Assembly: GCA_025594325.1 (NCBI GenBank)
Contig: JANHCV010000009.1
Coordinates: forward strand, 1,054,001 to 1,118,000
Length of the DNA stretch: 64,000 bases
Direction: 5' to 3'
DNA from: Blastocladiella emersonii ATCC 22665
Taxonomy: Eukaryota > Fungi > Blastocladiomycota
In this document: one piece after another, positions 22,298 to 33,611 of the stretch
Layout: every line of letters starts with the position of its first letter
Position numbering within the stretch: the first letter of the stretch is position 1
The notes under the pieces: model-generated
Databases searched by the model: none
What the model was told of the DNA's origin: nothing
What the model saw: only the letters and a program-made list of their open reading frames with translations
Made by a program: the position numbers and the translations under genes

Positions 22298-23400
22298 GAG
22301 AGACGCGTCGATCAATCATGTGATCGGGGCGCCGGTGTGGCGCACTCTCGTCTCGCGTTCGCGCGGCGCCGCATCTCCGCTCCCTCACCCACCCCCCTAC
22401 TCGACCATGCAACCTTAGATCATGAATAGACTTGCTGCAAAATATGAATCCAGCTTGGCGATCTCGAAGTCGTCGAGGCGCGAGGACCGGCCTGCACAAT
22501 GTTTTCGTCACGCCGGCGCGCAGTTTTCGCTCCATGCCTTGAGCGGACGGCGCGGGTCACCGGAAGGCTAGTCTTAGTCGTTTGGGCAAGATTTTGTGTG
22601 CTCGAATGCCATGCATCCCGTACATGGGTCTCATCTCGTGGATGCACTGCTTCTGGGCTACCCGGACGACTGAGCCCGGTTTGTCTCCGACGACTTGTAC
22701 GCCACCTCGACACCCATGCGTCGATTTACTGACGCGCCTATGTTCGCACCGGTTAGGGATACACCGCGCTGAACGTGAAGCTCACTCGCGAGCAGTTTGG
22801 CGATACCCCCGGCTCCTTAACTCGAAATGGTCGCTTCGCCATGCAACGGCTGCAACTTTTGACTCTCAGCACTCGTGCTGGCGTTCACGAGACCCCTCGA
22901 ACTGAACGCTTGGCTCTCGGTCGCACCCGTGGTCTCTTGGGCCGATTTTCAAACTCGCACTATGCTGCCATCATCGGCAGCGCATGACCATACCTCACGT
23001 AGTACGTATCGAGGCTGTTGTCCGTTGCGCTCGTGGAAGGCTCGTAATCTGACTACGACGACGTAGCGCATCGCTTAGCTATCACTTCCTGTCCTCGTTA
23101 TCCTCATGCCACGCGGTCCACGGCGATTCGCTTCTACCCGCTGTACGCCCTCAACTCGGACCCTGGTCGAGGCCGGCAGCGTGAGTCGCGGCTCGCGGGT
23201 GACGTACGTGTTCAGCGTGTTCTCAGCCTTCAATCATGGCTGACCCGTCCTCCGCGCACGCGTAGCTCGGCTCAGCCTATAGGCCCCGTCGAGGCACCCG
23301 CGCTGTCCGCGAGCCGATCACGCTGCCGTCCTTGGCGAGGCCCCGCCTTGCGGGCGCGCACCAGTGCGAACGCACCGCCGCGAACGCGTCGTCGTCGTGA
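22298..23400 (+). ncRNA. putative spliced non-coding unit 2 with 3' long hairpin
   Basis: 34-nt upstream identity with unit 1 and AGACTTGCTGCAA at 22428. Intron-like segments at ~22698..22757, ~23002..23078 and 23204..23265. Conserved hairpin block 23167..23362 with compensatory changes. Confidence 0.5.
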
Positions 23401-23436
23401 GGAATGGAATGAGTTGCGTATAAATGCGTGAGTGCG

Positions 23437-24893
23437 TTATTTCAAAATCAACCGGCCCATGGCGAGGTAGATGGAGATGCCGACCACATCCTGCACGGCC
23501 GTTTCTACACGCAAGGGTGTTGGTGAGTGGTGGGAGCGGAGGGTGAGGGGGTCCGTCGAAAGCAGCGTACCGAGTGGTCCCGCGCACAGCGCAGGGTCAA
23601 AACCGAGCCGCTTGAAGAAGATGGGCGCGAGCGAGCCGAGGATGCCGGCCGCGGACGCCGAAAGCATGATGCTGAGGCCCGAGACTACGATCGCACGCGT
23701 AGAGGATGTCAGTACTACGACGCGAGCGAAGCGACCAAATAGAGCGTACCGAGACCGGTGCGTAAGCTGTTGGTCCACAACGCAATGACGCCCGTGAGCC
23801 CAGCGAGGAGGAGGATACCGAGACAGAACGCGGACGTGAACTCGCGCCAGAGCACCTTCGAAATACTCTTCCAGCTAGTATGCGACGCGTGCCCGGTCGC
23901 CAGCGCGCGCAACGTGCTTGTGGACGCCTGGAGCCCAATATTCCCGCAGATACTCGAGACCATGGGCATGAAGTTAACGAGCACGACAAACTTCTCGAGC
24001 ACGTCGCTGAAGGTGCCGACCATGGCGCCGACGCCCATCTCGAGGACCACCGTCAGCATGATGGCGGGCAGGCGGCGCACGGCGAGCGCCCACGGCGACA
24101 TCTTGCCGAGCCGCCCCGCGTCGTCGTCGCGCAGCAGCTTCTGCACGCGCGCGCCCACCAGCAGGTGCATGTCGTGCCGCGTCAGGCCCGGGTCCAGCAT
24201 CGACTGCAGGAACTCGAGCTCCGTCAGCGTCGCGGCCGCGTGCGCCGCACTCGCCGGTGTCAGGTCGCCGTACCCGTGCGCGCCCGCGGCCGCCGCGAAC
24301 GTCGACGCGAACGATCCAGACACTTTGGGCGAGCCCGGACGGCTATGCCCGCCGTACGACGAGAGCAGCGACGGCTCGCGCGACGCCCCCGCAATCGACC
24401 CGCCGCCGGGCGCGAGCCCCGTGCCCGCCGACGCCACGGACGCGGACCGGTACGACGTCGCGGGCGACGGCGCGCGCACCTGCAGGCGGAACGGCGCGTG
24501 CGGCACGTCGGCGTGCAGCGACCCGGAGCGCGACCCGCGCGCTGCTGCTGCGGTGGCGCCGCCGCCGTTTGGGCGGTGTGGCGAGGGACCACCGCCCAGG
24601 AGCAGGTCGCTGTCACCCTCCCCGCGTGCGTCATCGTCATCATCATCGTCATCCAGGTCGAGCAGCAGCGGCGACGTGCTGAGCGATCCCATGGCAATCG
24701 CCTCGAACTCGGGCGGCGCGTCGCTCGCCCCCGCCGCGCCGAGTGGCGGTCGCAGGCGCGTTGCTGGTGGTGACCGCGACCGAGACTGCGAGCGGAGGCG
24801 CAGGAAGCTGGTGCCGTTGTGCGCGGCGGCGGCAGAGGGGCCGTCGAGGTCGTCGTAGGGCATGCCGTTCGTTGTGGCGCGGTGTTGATGCAT
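23437..24893 (-). CDS. MgtE/SLC41-type divalent cation transporter (membrane domain plus disordered N-terminus)
   Basis: RRLPAIMLTV, GNIGLQASTSTLRALATG and DPALCAGPL|ETAVQD are MgtE transmembrane signatures. Two GTACGC introns near the 3' end. Start uncertain (24893, 24863, or 25115). Confidence 0.8.
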
Positions 24894-25461
24894 GGGGGCC
24901 GGGGGTTCCGAGCCAGCGGAGCGGGAAGGGAGTTGCAGCAAGCTAGCTTCGTGTGCGAGAGGGATTGCGGGAGGAGAGTAGGGAGGGCGGGGAGAAGGGA
25001 GGGAGGGAGCGGGCGCGGGAGGGGTGGCACAGGCGGCGAAGGCGGCGAAGGCGCGCGGCCGCGAGGCGCGAGACGCCGCGCCGATCGCTGCTCTCACGCT
25101 CTGAAGGCGGTGCACTCGATGTCTGTGCTCAGCTCTCAGTGATCTGGTGCTCTAGGAGTGCTTACGGTCGTGCTCATGGCCATCTCAACTGTGCGGGGGT
25201 CGGCGTTGTCGGGGCCGCGCAAGGGGGACCCGCTGCCGCTGCGAGGGCAGATGGGCTTCACGGTCAGCCCCCACACATCGGCCAAGCGGTCGCCCAGCGA
25301 GCGATCTCGTTGGGCGGGAAGTGCGTTCAGCCCTCGACGAGGGAGTGGGCAAGCGGGATGGAGGGGTGTCGAGTCCACGGCGAGCGAGCGGGCGGGCGGG
25401 CGATAGCAGTTACGAGTACATTTCAAAAGGAAGGGGTACGAGATCATGGCACAGGCCCACA

Positions 25462-25909
25462 TTACGCCTTGTGCGAGTAGGGCATGAGGCGGTGCAGCGT
25501 CCGGGTCATGGCCTTGCCGTAGGGCTCGGCCATGGCGCTCAGGCGGTTGAACCGGCTGCTCGACATGCCCTGGTTGAGATGCGACTACACACACGATGCG
25601 GAGTTAGATCACACGCCGGTATCGTAACAAACGAACCGACAACGCACCTTGTTGACCTTCATGCGCTTGAACTCGCGGTCGTTGCCAACGGCGAGCCAGC
25701 GCTTGGCCGTGCCCTTGTGCGTCTTGAGCTTGTACTTGGACAGCGACCGCACGGGCGTCGCGAACGGCGTCCATGCTACTCTCCGCCCACAGAACAGCGA
25801 TCAGTTCCATGGTCCCCAATCTCCGAGTTCAGTGGGACCCACCTGGCGCGCGGGCCACCGACACGACCGACCGCAGCGACGACGAGATGGAGGACAGGAG
25901 GCTGCTCAT
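25462..25909 (-). CDS. MRPL35: mitochondrial ribosomal protein bL35m
   Basis: Introns 25842..25776 and 25647..25585 give a Ser/Arg-rich presequence followed by KYKLKTHKGTAKRWLAVGNDREFKRMKVNK|SHLNQGMSSSRFNRL, the L35 signature. Not captured by the ORF track. Confidence 0.85.
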
Positions 25910-26143
25910 GACGTGCGTTGCACCAGGTTAGGGTTGATTCGTGGCAGTGGTGGTGGCGTAGCAAGGAGCGGCGATTCCACGTAAAGCGTGAGGCAAAACC
26001 GATTTCATTGCAACGCAGCCTCCACCTGATGAAACGTGATGTCTCCAACCCCGCGAGACGCGTCGGCCGCGCGACGCGTTCGTTTCACCGCGCGCAATCG
26101 GCCCTCCCTCTCTTCCTCGCCCCTTGGAACCACCTCCGCCGCC

Positions 26144-27490
26144 ATGAACGCAGAAGACGATGCAGTCACCGACCTGTCGGCCTCGGCCACCGTGACCGCC
26201 GCCAGCAGCGGCGGCGCGCGCGGCCTGCTCAAGTCCAAGTCCAAGAGCTTCTCCAACATGTCGTTCGGCCAGAAGCAGCACATCCTCAAGGCCATGTTCG
26301 ACAAGCGCAACGGCGTCCCGCCGCCCAAGCAGGACCCGCCGCGCCGCGCCAAGATGCCGCCCCCGCCCCCGCCTCCCCCACCGCCCATGGCGGGCGACGA
26401 CGAGGACGATGACTACGAGGACGAGACGCCCGAGGACGCCGCTGCGGCATCCGCCGCCAAGAAGTCGGCCGCGCAGCCGATTCAGCAGCTCCCGCGCCGC
26501 CCGCCCTCCCCGCGCCGCATGTCCAAGTCGCCGCTCAGCCAGTCGGTCGCCGAGGACGCGCCGCCGCCCGCGCCGCCGTCGGGCAAGACGGGCATCCCGC
26601 TCTCGCCGTCCAAGAACCAGGAACTCAACAACAGTGGCCGCCTGTCGCCGCTCGAGCAGCGCGCGCTCGAGAAGGAGGGCGTGGCGCGGCGCCGGTCCAA
26701 CTTCGAGGACCGTGGCGCACCATCCACTGAGCGCCGCACCAGCGGCAGCGAAGAGGGCGGCGCGCTGTCCGTCTCGCGCTCGTCGCGCCGCACGTGCCGG
26801 TCGACGCCGCCCGGCCCGTCCATCAGCGTGCAGCTCCCGTCGCCGAGCGAGTACGCGCACCCGCCACAGCCTCAGTTCCAGCACCACCCGCAGCTCGTGT
26901 ACCAGGCTGCGCCAGCCCCCACGCCGCCCATCGTCGCCGGCCCGTCGGACCAGCTCTTCAAGCAGACCGTGTTGTCGTTCGAGCAATGCCTCCACCACGC
27001 CATGGACATGAACACGATGCTCCTGCAGCACCTCGCGCGCGGGTCCGCCGCCGCGACAACGGCGGTCGCGGCGACTCCCGCGGCGGCACGCACGGTTTCC
27101 GCGCCCATCGTGTTCCCCTCGTTGCACCACCACCACCCACACTTCTCGCACGCCGGCTCGCCCGGCCACGGCGCCAAGTCCCCGACGTGCAACTACTGCC
27201 ACGCACCGCCGCTACCCGCGCCGAAACCCGTGGCAGCCGCGGTACCGCGCCGCTCTGAGTCATCGCGCGCAGAAGACGCAACCAACTACGCGCGCGGCGT
27301 GCAGCGGCTGCAGGACCTGGTCGCGCTCGTCCGCGCCAACACCCAGCGCCAAGCCAAGGTCATGGCCGGGCTCCAGGAGCAGGCGTGCGCCGAGCAGCAC
27401 CGTCGCGCGCAGCGCGAGGTCGATGGGCTCGTTCAGCTGCTGGCCACCGGCGGGGGTGGTGGAGCGGGGAAGCGCGGGCATGGGATGTAG
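26144..27490 (+). CDS. hypothetical, largely disordered protein with C-terminal coiled coil
   Basis: Long intronless ORF with coding-like codon bias, ATG in GCCGCCATG context, and Pro/Ser-rich composition. Confidence 0.65.
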   Translation: MNAEDDAVTDLSASATVTAASSGGARGLLKSKSKSFSNMSFGQKQHILKAMFDKRNGVPPPKQDPPRRAKMPPPPPPPPPPMAGDDEDDDYEDETPEDAAAASAAKKSAAQPIQQLPRRPPSPRRMSKSPLSQSVAEDAPPPAPPSGKTGIPLSPSKNQELNNSGRLSPLEQRALEKEGVARRRSNFEDRGAPSTERRTSGSEEGGALSVSRSSRRTCRSTPPGPSISVQLPSPSEYAHPPQPQFQHHPQLVYQAAPAPTPPIVAGPSDQLFKQTVLSFEQCLHHAMDMNTMLLQHLARGSAAATTAVAATPAAARTVSAPIVFPSLHHHHPHFSHAGSPGHGAKSPTCNYCHAPPLPAPKPVAAAVPRRSESSRAEDATNYARGVQRLQDLVALVRANTQRQAKVMAGLQEQACAEQHRRAQREVDGLVQLLATGGGGGAGKRGHGM

Positions 27491-27672
27491 ATGGGATGAA
27501 TACATGCGACTGGGTTGAGCGGTCGAGGATTGTGAAGGGTGAGGCGAGGCCGGGGAAGCGATGAGTGTATTCGTGCAATCCGACCCGTTCCAGCGTGATC
27601 ATGGCCACCAACTGCACCGTGTCCGAGTCTCGGGCAGCCGTCCAGCACCGCGGTGCTACTTGATTGTACAAA

Positions 27673-27729
27673 GGGCCGCACTCGCGCGGACAGCGCGGTC
27701 TTTTCACGGCGTCCGCGCGAGTGCGGCTC
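27673..27729. repeat. conserved hairpin copy A (19-bp stem, 19-nt loop)
   Basis: GGGCCGCACTCGCGCGGAC pairs with GTCCGCGCGAGTGCGGCTC. Paralog of 28893..28949. Confidence 0.8.
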
Positions 27730-28892
27730 AACAACGCGGAGCCGGGCGGCGGTCCGGGGGTGCCTATAAGCACGTTCGCGGCTCGAACCGAACGTCGCGA
27801 GGTCCCGTTCCGAGCGGTACAGGATTCCAAGCGGTCAATGTGCGAAGTTGAAGCGTCAGCCAAACATAAACGAATGTGCTCGCCCGCAGCCAATGGTAGC
27901 GACGAGTAGCCTCACGACGAACGCCGCAGTGTTGCCCGATGCGTGTGTAAACCTCGAAATCATCGAGGTGCAACGCGGTGGCCAGGGTGTAGCACGCTGA
28001 ACGAACTTGATCCTGGAGCATGACCAAGGCGATTAGCAGCAGAGTAGCGAGTGGCTTTTGACCGGTGGAACAGCGGAGAGGTTGATACGATGGCAACGAG
28101 GCGAGTCCATGTCGCTTCCACCGGTATGCGCATGGTCCATTGCTTACGGCGAATGCGACGGTGCATAGGCTGCGCCCATTCGCGCCTTGGAGATCTCTCT
28201 GCGGTTTTACACGTTCATCACTGGAACAGTTTGCGACTAGCTGTGTGAGTCGGACACAATTTGGACACGTCGAGAACGTCTTTTTCGCCTATCATCATGC
28301 ACTACACAACGCGCATCGTGCAGGACGCCCTCATGTTCGCCAGGTCGTACTGGGCAAACGTGTGTGAGCAGTCGCCAAGGGAAAGCGTAGAGCATAATCG
28401 CCTAGATTAACCAGCATTCCGGGATCCGGGCTACTTCAACCGCTTGAAGCGGGACATGCAAGCCGAGAGTGGCGCGTCAAACATGAGCAAGCGCCGGCTG
28501 GGCGCGAACGGTGGCGAGCCAAAGTGGCGGCGCGCCAAGTTTTCCAGAGGTAATACAAAGCGTCGAAGCCATAAAATCTATTGCAGCAAGTCTTGATACA
28601 TGGCGATGCGTGTGTACATGGTTGTCTAGTGGGTCGAGGGAGCGAGAACGGGTCGCGGGCGCAGAGCGGCTGAAACAGTCACGCCGTCGCGACGCGGAGT
28701 TCATCTCGCTTGCACGCGCGTCCGACGAGCGAACCTTCTCGACCCGCTCGACGTCGCAAGCGGAAGGCACAAGACTTAAACATGTATTCGACGCGAATCA
28801 TAACTTCCCGTAACCTCGATCGCCTGCAACCGCGGCACACTTGCGCCCCGCTCCATCGCACTCCGCTCCGCGCTGCGACGCGAATGTACCAA

Positions 28893-28949
28893 GGGCTGCA
28901 CTCGCGCGGGCGGCGCGGTCTTTTCACGGCGCCCGCGCGAGTACGGCCC
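28893..28949. repeat. conserved hairpin copy B
   Basis: GGGCTGCACTCGCGCGGGC / GCCCGCGCGAGTACGGCCC. The loop matches copy A at 18 of 19 nt, and there is a compensatory A-T to G-C change in the stem. Confidence 0.8.
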
Positions 28950-29843
28950 AGCAGCGCAGAGCCACGCGACGGGCGAGGCGGCCATGGCCGTAAGATCGCT
29001 GCACAACCAATGCTGCAAGGTTCGAGTCTTGAAGGCGCACGATGACGCGCTGCTCACTGGCAAGCAATCGAGACGGGATACGGAAGAATGGCGGCAAAGT
29101 AATGGGCAAAATGACTAGTGCGCGTGGCGCGACCAAAGACGACGGTCTACGCGCGGCGAGACCTGAGCGTCGCGAAGGCAGCAGCTCGACCCAGCTTGGC
29201 GCGGCCGCTGTAGAACGCCGATGGTTCGGGAAGTTGCGGTTTCAGCATGCGTCTGAGCGAGATCTGCGCCCCGTGCGACCCGTCGTTCATCTGGATCCCC
29301 ACCACGCGCATTTGACCAGTGCGTCTTGAATTGTGCGTTGCACGGCATGAACGTGATGATGGTCATGCCGCCCGAAGCACGGGAAAGTGGTCCGACCGTG
29401 CTCGTAGTCCAGCGCGTGACGGGTGCTACTCAGCGACAGAACGAGCACTGGTGAGCAGGAGCCCCGTGGGGGAATAGGGTGGCCGCATCATACCGTACAC
29501 AATGTCATGAGCACCTTGCTACCTGATAAGCCCGATCCCACACGGTCGTCGTGGCGCGGGAACACTTCTTGCAGCGCATGTCGTGTTTGGGCGCCGCGAG
29601 TCGAGCAAGCCGGTTCCGCGCGACGGTGAGACACACGATGGACGCGCCCCGCCGACTGCGAGCGCGAGCCGGGGCGGCCGCCCAAGGACGTGCAGGTCGA
29701 CGGCCGCCGGCGCCAGAGACGCGAAGTGGGAGGAAGTTGCAAGGGGAACGATTGAAGTGGGGTCGTAAGGGAGCGAGAATCGAGCGCGACCGACGCGCGG
29801 CATTTTCACAGCAGCGCGGCTAGCTCCAGTCGGTGCAGCAAGT

Positions 29844-30701
29844 CTAAGCTCTCCGTTGTATGGGTCGCGACATGATCTCGTACGGTTCGTCGAGCGGGTT
29901 GCCGTCGTCGTCGACGTAGTTGCTGGGCGAGATGCCGTCAATGGCGAAGCCGAGGCGGCGGTAGAAGGCGATGGCCGCCGTGTTGACTACGTCGTTCGTC
30001 AGCACCGCTCTTCAACCAGACCGATCGAAGAAGACGGAGCGTACCCTTGTACACGGTGAGCATAAGCTTCTCCATCTTATTCTCGCGGCCCACGGCGTCC
30101 GCGACGCGCACGAGGAACGCGCCGAGTCCGCGGCCCTGGAACGCGGCGCGCACCTGGACCTCGTACAGGTAGCCGACGGGCACCTCCCAGTCAAAGTCCG
30201 GGTGGTCGTCGGTCGAGAACTGGAACATGAGGAGCGCGGCGACGTGCGAGGTCGCGCGGTCCGTCAGCACCAGGAACCGCTGCTCGGGCGCGTCCATGTC
30301 GCGGCGCTTGTTGGCGTCGTCCCACTGCTCAGCCTCGTCGTAGATGGGCTCCATGTTCTCCTTGACGAGCGCGAACAGGGACTCGAAGAGCGGCGCGGAG
30401 AGGTCCGTGCGACGGTAGAAGGCGAGCGCAAAGTCGTCGCCGTGCCGACTGTTCACGTCCCGCGTCAGCGCACGGTTCGTAACCCCGCAACGTCAAGCGT
30501 ACCGCATCCAGTCGGCGAACCACGGCAGCCGCGAGTACTCGGCCTCGCCGAACGTGAACCGCTGACACGGCCAGCGCGTGCGTCAGCGTCGTGCACCCCT
30601 CACCGTCGTCGCTGCACCCGTACCTCGGTCGCGCGCTCCGCGATCCGGCGCGCCTTGCGCGTCTCCTTGGGCACCTCGTCGCCGCCTTTAGATTGCTCCA
30701 T
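29844..30701 (-). CDS. NAA40: N-alpha-acetyltransferase 40 (Nat4/NatD), GNAT fold
   Basis: LVKENMEPIY...WDDANKRRDM, YLYEVQV...QGRGLG, MEKLMLTVYK|TNTAAIAFYRRLGF, YEIMS. Three introns. Confidence 0.85.
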
Positions 30702-31083
30702 GTTAGGTGATGCGCGCTGCCGATCTGGCGTTCGCAAGGGCAGGGACGAAAGACGCGGCGCGTCGCCGATCCAGCTGGCGGAGGCGCCCGATCCCGCGTG
30801 TCTCGCACCCCCTCGCAAAAGTGTCTCCACCCTCGCACGTGCAGCGCGCGCGCGACGCTTCTCTCCTCCCTTGCGCGGGTAAACACCAGGCGCGGAGAAG
30901 GAAGAAATGGGGAGGGTTGCTCGTTTGCTTGCGTGCGGCGGCGCCGTGAGAACGCCACCGCCCATCGGATCGCCATGGGAGCCAACGGCCGCGGTCCCGG
31001 CGGCTTCTCTCCCTCTCTCCCCGCGCCGATCGCGCTGTTCATCACCCTCCATCGCTAATTGCAACGTCATTAACACCACCACC

Positions 31084-33314
31084 ATGGACTCGGCCGCCGA
31101 CGTCGCGGCAGTCCCCGCCACCGCGAGCCCAGGCGCCGCGAGGGACATGACGCCGTCGCCCGTTGGCAGCGTGCGCGGCCGGCTGTACGCGGACAAGCAC
31201 GGCCCACCGCCGGCGCTGAGCGAGGAGAAGCTGCACCATCACCATCGCGCGCATGTCCCGCCGCCGCTCGCGCCGCCCGCGAACACGGCGTCGTGGAGCT
31301 ACCGCCTGCGCCACCACCCGTGGGCCGTCGCGTCGCTCGCGGCGTTTACCATCTTTGTCGATATGGTCGTCTGTGCGTTGCCTGTTGTCGCTCGGCGAGG
31401 TTACCGCGGTGTGACTGTACTGTGGGGGGTTGTAGACTCGGCGGTGATTCCCATCCTGCCCGACATTACCATCAACACGCTCGGCCTGACCACGTCGCAC
31501 ACGGGCATTCTCGTCGGCGTCTACGGTACGCGCCCACACTGGCTCCTGCCACTCCACCGGTCCCTGACCCGAACCCATCCATAGCTGCGGGTCTGCTCGT
31601 CTTCACGCCCGTGTTCGGGTACTGGTCCGACACGCGGCAGGACCGGCGCCTTCCCGTCCTCGCCTCGCTCGCGGGCCTCGCCGTCTCGTCAGCGCTGTTC
31701 CTCGTGTGCACCGAGTTCTGGCAGTACCTGCTGGTGCGCATCCTGCAGGGCGTGGCCGCCGCGGGCAACTGGACCGTCTCCCTCGCGCTCGCCAGCGACG
31801 TGTTCCCCGCGGACCAGCTCGGCGTCGTCATGGGCTTTGTGCTGTCGGGCATGAACCTCGGGTACCTGTTCGGTCCGGCGATCGGCGGCGTCCTGTACGG
31901 CAGCGTCGGGCACCGCGCGCCGTTCATCTTCTTTGCCGTGCTCTCGGTCGTCGCGATCGCCGCGCGCCTGTTCGTCGACGAGACGTACGCGCTCGCGTTC
32001 AAGCAGGCCGCGCCCACCACGCCCGCGTCGGCCGCACCGTCGGCGTCGGCGGTCTCGTCGGTCGAGAGTAGTGGCAAGAAGGTGACGTTCATGACGCTCA
32101 TCAAGGCGCGGCCCGTCTGGGTCAACGCCCTCGCCGTGGTCGTCACGGGCACGCTCAATAGCGGGCTCGAGCCCGTTCTCCCGCCGTTCCTCTCGTCCAC
32201 GTTCGGGACCTCGGTCACGACCAACGGGCTCCTGTTCCTCGCCGTGTCGGTGCCTGGACTTGTGACTGCTCCGCTCGGTACGATCGGTTCCGCGCGGTTC
32301 CGTGAATTGCGGACTAACCCAGCGTGTGTAGCCGGCCACTTCTGCGACCGCTACTCCGGCCGCCTCGTCCTCATCGCGGGCCTGATCCTGACCGCGATCG
32401 CGGCGCCGCTCATGGCCGTGATGCCGACGCTCTTCACGACGGCCGCGGCCATGGTCTTCTTCGGCGCCGTGTTCCCGATCGCCGTAACCCCGCCCCTCCC
32501 GGAAATGGGCAACTACGTCAACGACCACTACCCACAAGCCGCGGGCCAAGTCTACTCGGTCTTCAACGTCGCCTACTCGCTGTCCATGTTCATCGGCCCC
32601 ATCATATCGGGCACGCTCTACGACAAACTCGGCCTGATCCCGGTCTTCGCCATCTTCGCTGGCCTGTGCGTCGTCATGGCCGCCGCGTACCTTTACTACG
32701 ACCGCACGCTCGCGCGCGAGGAGCTCGCCGACACGCTGCGCCAGGGCGACCGCGAGCTCGTCCGCGCGCTCGACCGCCGGCCCGAGACGGGCGGCGCGGT
32801 GCCGTTTTCCCCCGCACCGCCCGCGACGTTTGCTGACTTTTACTACGCCGCGCGCGCTGACGAGGACGCGCGGCGGCGGAGCGGCGTCTCCGCGGCCGGG
32901 GAAGGTGGGGTCTCGCGCCGCACGTCGCGGCTCAGCCGGCTCAGCTTCCTCAGCCGCCGGCGCAGCGAGGCCGCGGCGGTCGCGATGGCGGCCACGATCC
33001 CGGCGGCCGCGGCCGACCGGCTCCGCGCCGAGTACGCGGCGGCTGAGGCGGGGGCGGTCCCGGAGGTGCCCGCCGTGGCGCTCGCGGAGACTGGGGCGGT
33101 GGCCGGGCCGGTGGCGGCTACGCCGCGGGTCACCGGCGACGCGTCGCCGTCGATTGCCGAGGCGGCGGGGGCGGCCGAGCTGGAGGTGGTGAGCGAGAGC
33201 GAAGGGGTCCCGCCGACGCCGCGGTCGCCCGAGACGGACCTCAGCGGGCTAATCGGGAGCTACTCGGACCCGTCGAGCCCGGCGGTCCCGGGGACTGTCG
33301 GGGAGCGCAGTTGA
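31084..33314 (+). CDS. MFS transporter, vesicular amine transporter (SLC18)/DHA1-like
   Basis: About 12 hydrophobic helices, motif A (GYWSDTRQDRRLP; GHFCDRYSGR), LVRILQGVAAAG. Several introns, some in frame. Confidence 0.85.
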
Positions 33315-33611
33315 GAGGGAGAGTAATATACACCTAATAGACGCCATCGCGCCCATGCGGAGAAGAATGGACGAGTAGTATGAGTCACGGGACGGGCTGC
33401 AGCTCCCCGGCCGCCCCGCGTTGCGCCCGCCCGCCGTCTCGAGCTCTCGTCGACGCACGGTCAAGCGCTAGTGAACTCGTCAATCGCAATGTAAGTCTAT
33501 GCAACATGTTATCCGCGCCATGCTCTCGCGGATGGGGTGGTACAGACATGGGAAGCGTCACTCACGCCCGGCTCCCGACGACCGCACGCGGACGTAGACT
33601 CTCGCCCGAAC

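Noticed and set aside
23171-23200. GGCCGGCA start resembling the HDV ribozyme
   Set aside because: No nested double-pseudoknot partners or catalytic J4/2 strand were found, and it is not conserved in copy 1.
27692-27710. GTCTTTTCAC loop resembling U5 snRNA loop I (GCCUUUUAC)
   Set aside because: The invariant loop is not matched, and there is no Sm site or U5 internal-loop architecture.
28230-28310. Two RTGATGA C-box-like motifs on the minus strand
   Set aside because: No appropriately spaced CTGA D box or terminal stem, so not called as C/D snoRNAs.
28985-29040. A-box/B-box-like (TGGCCGTAAG, GGTTCGAGTC) tRNA or SINE head
   Set aside because: The T-stem and acceptor stem do not pair properly and there is no cloverleaf. 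No tRNA or rRNA gene could be supported anywhere in the window.
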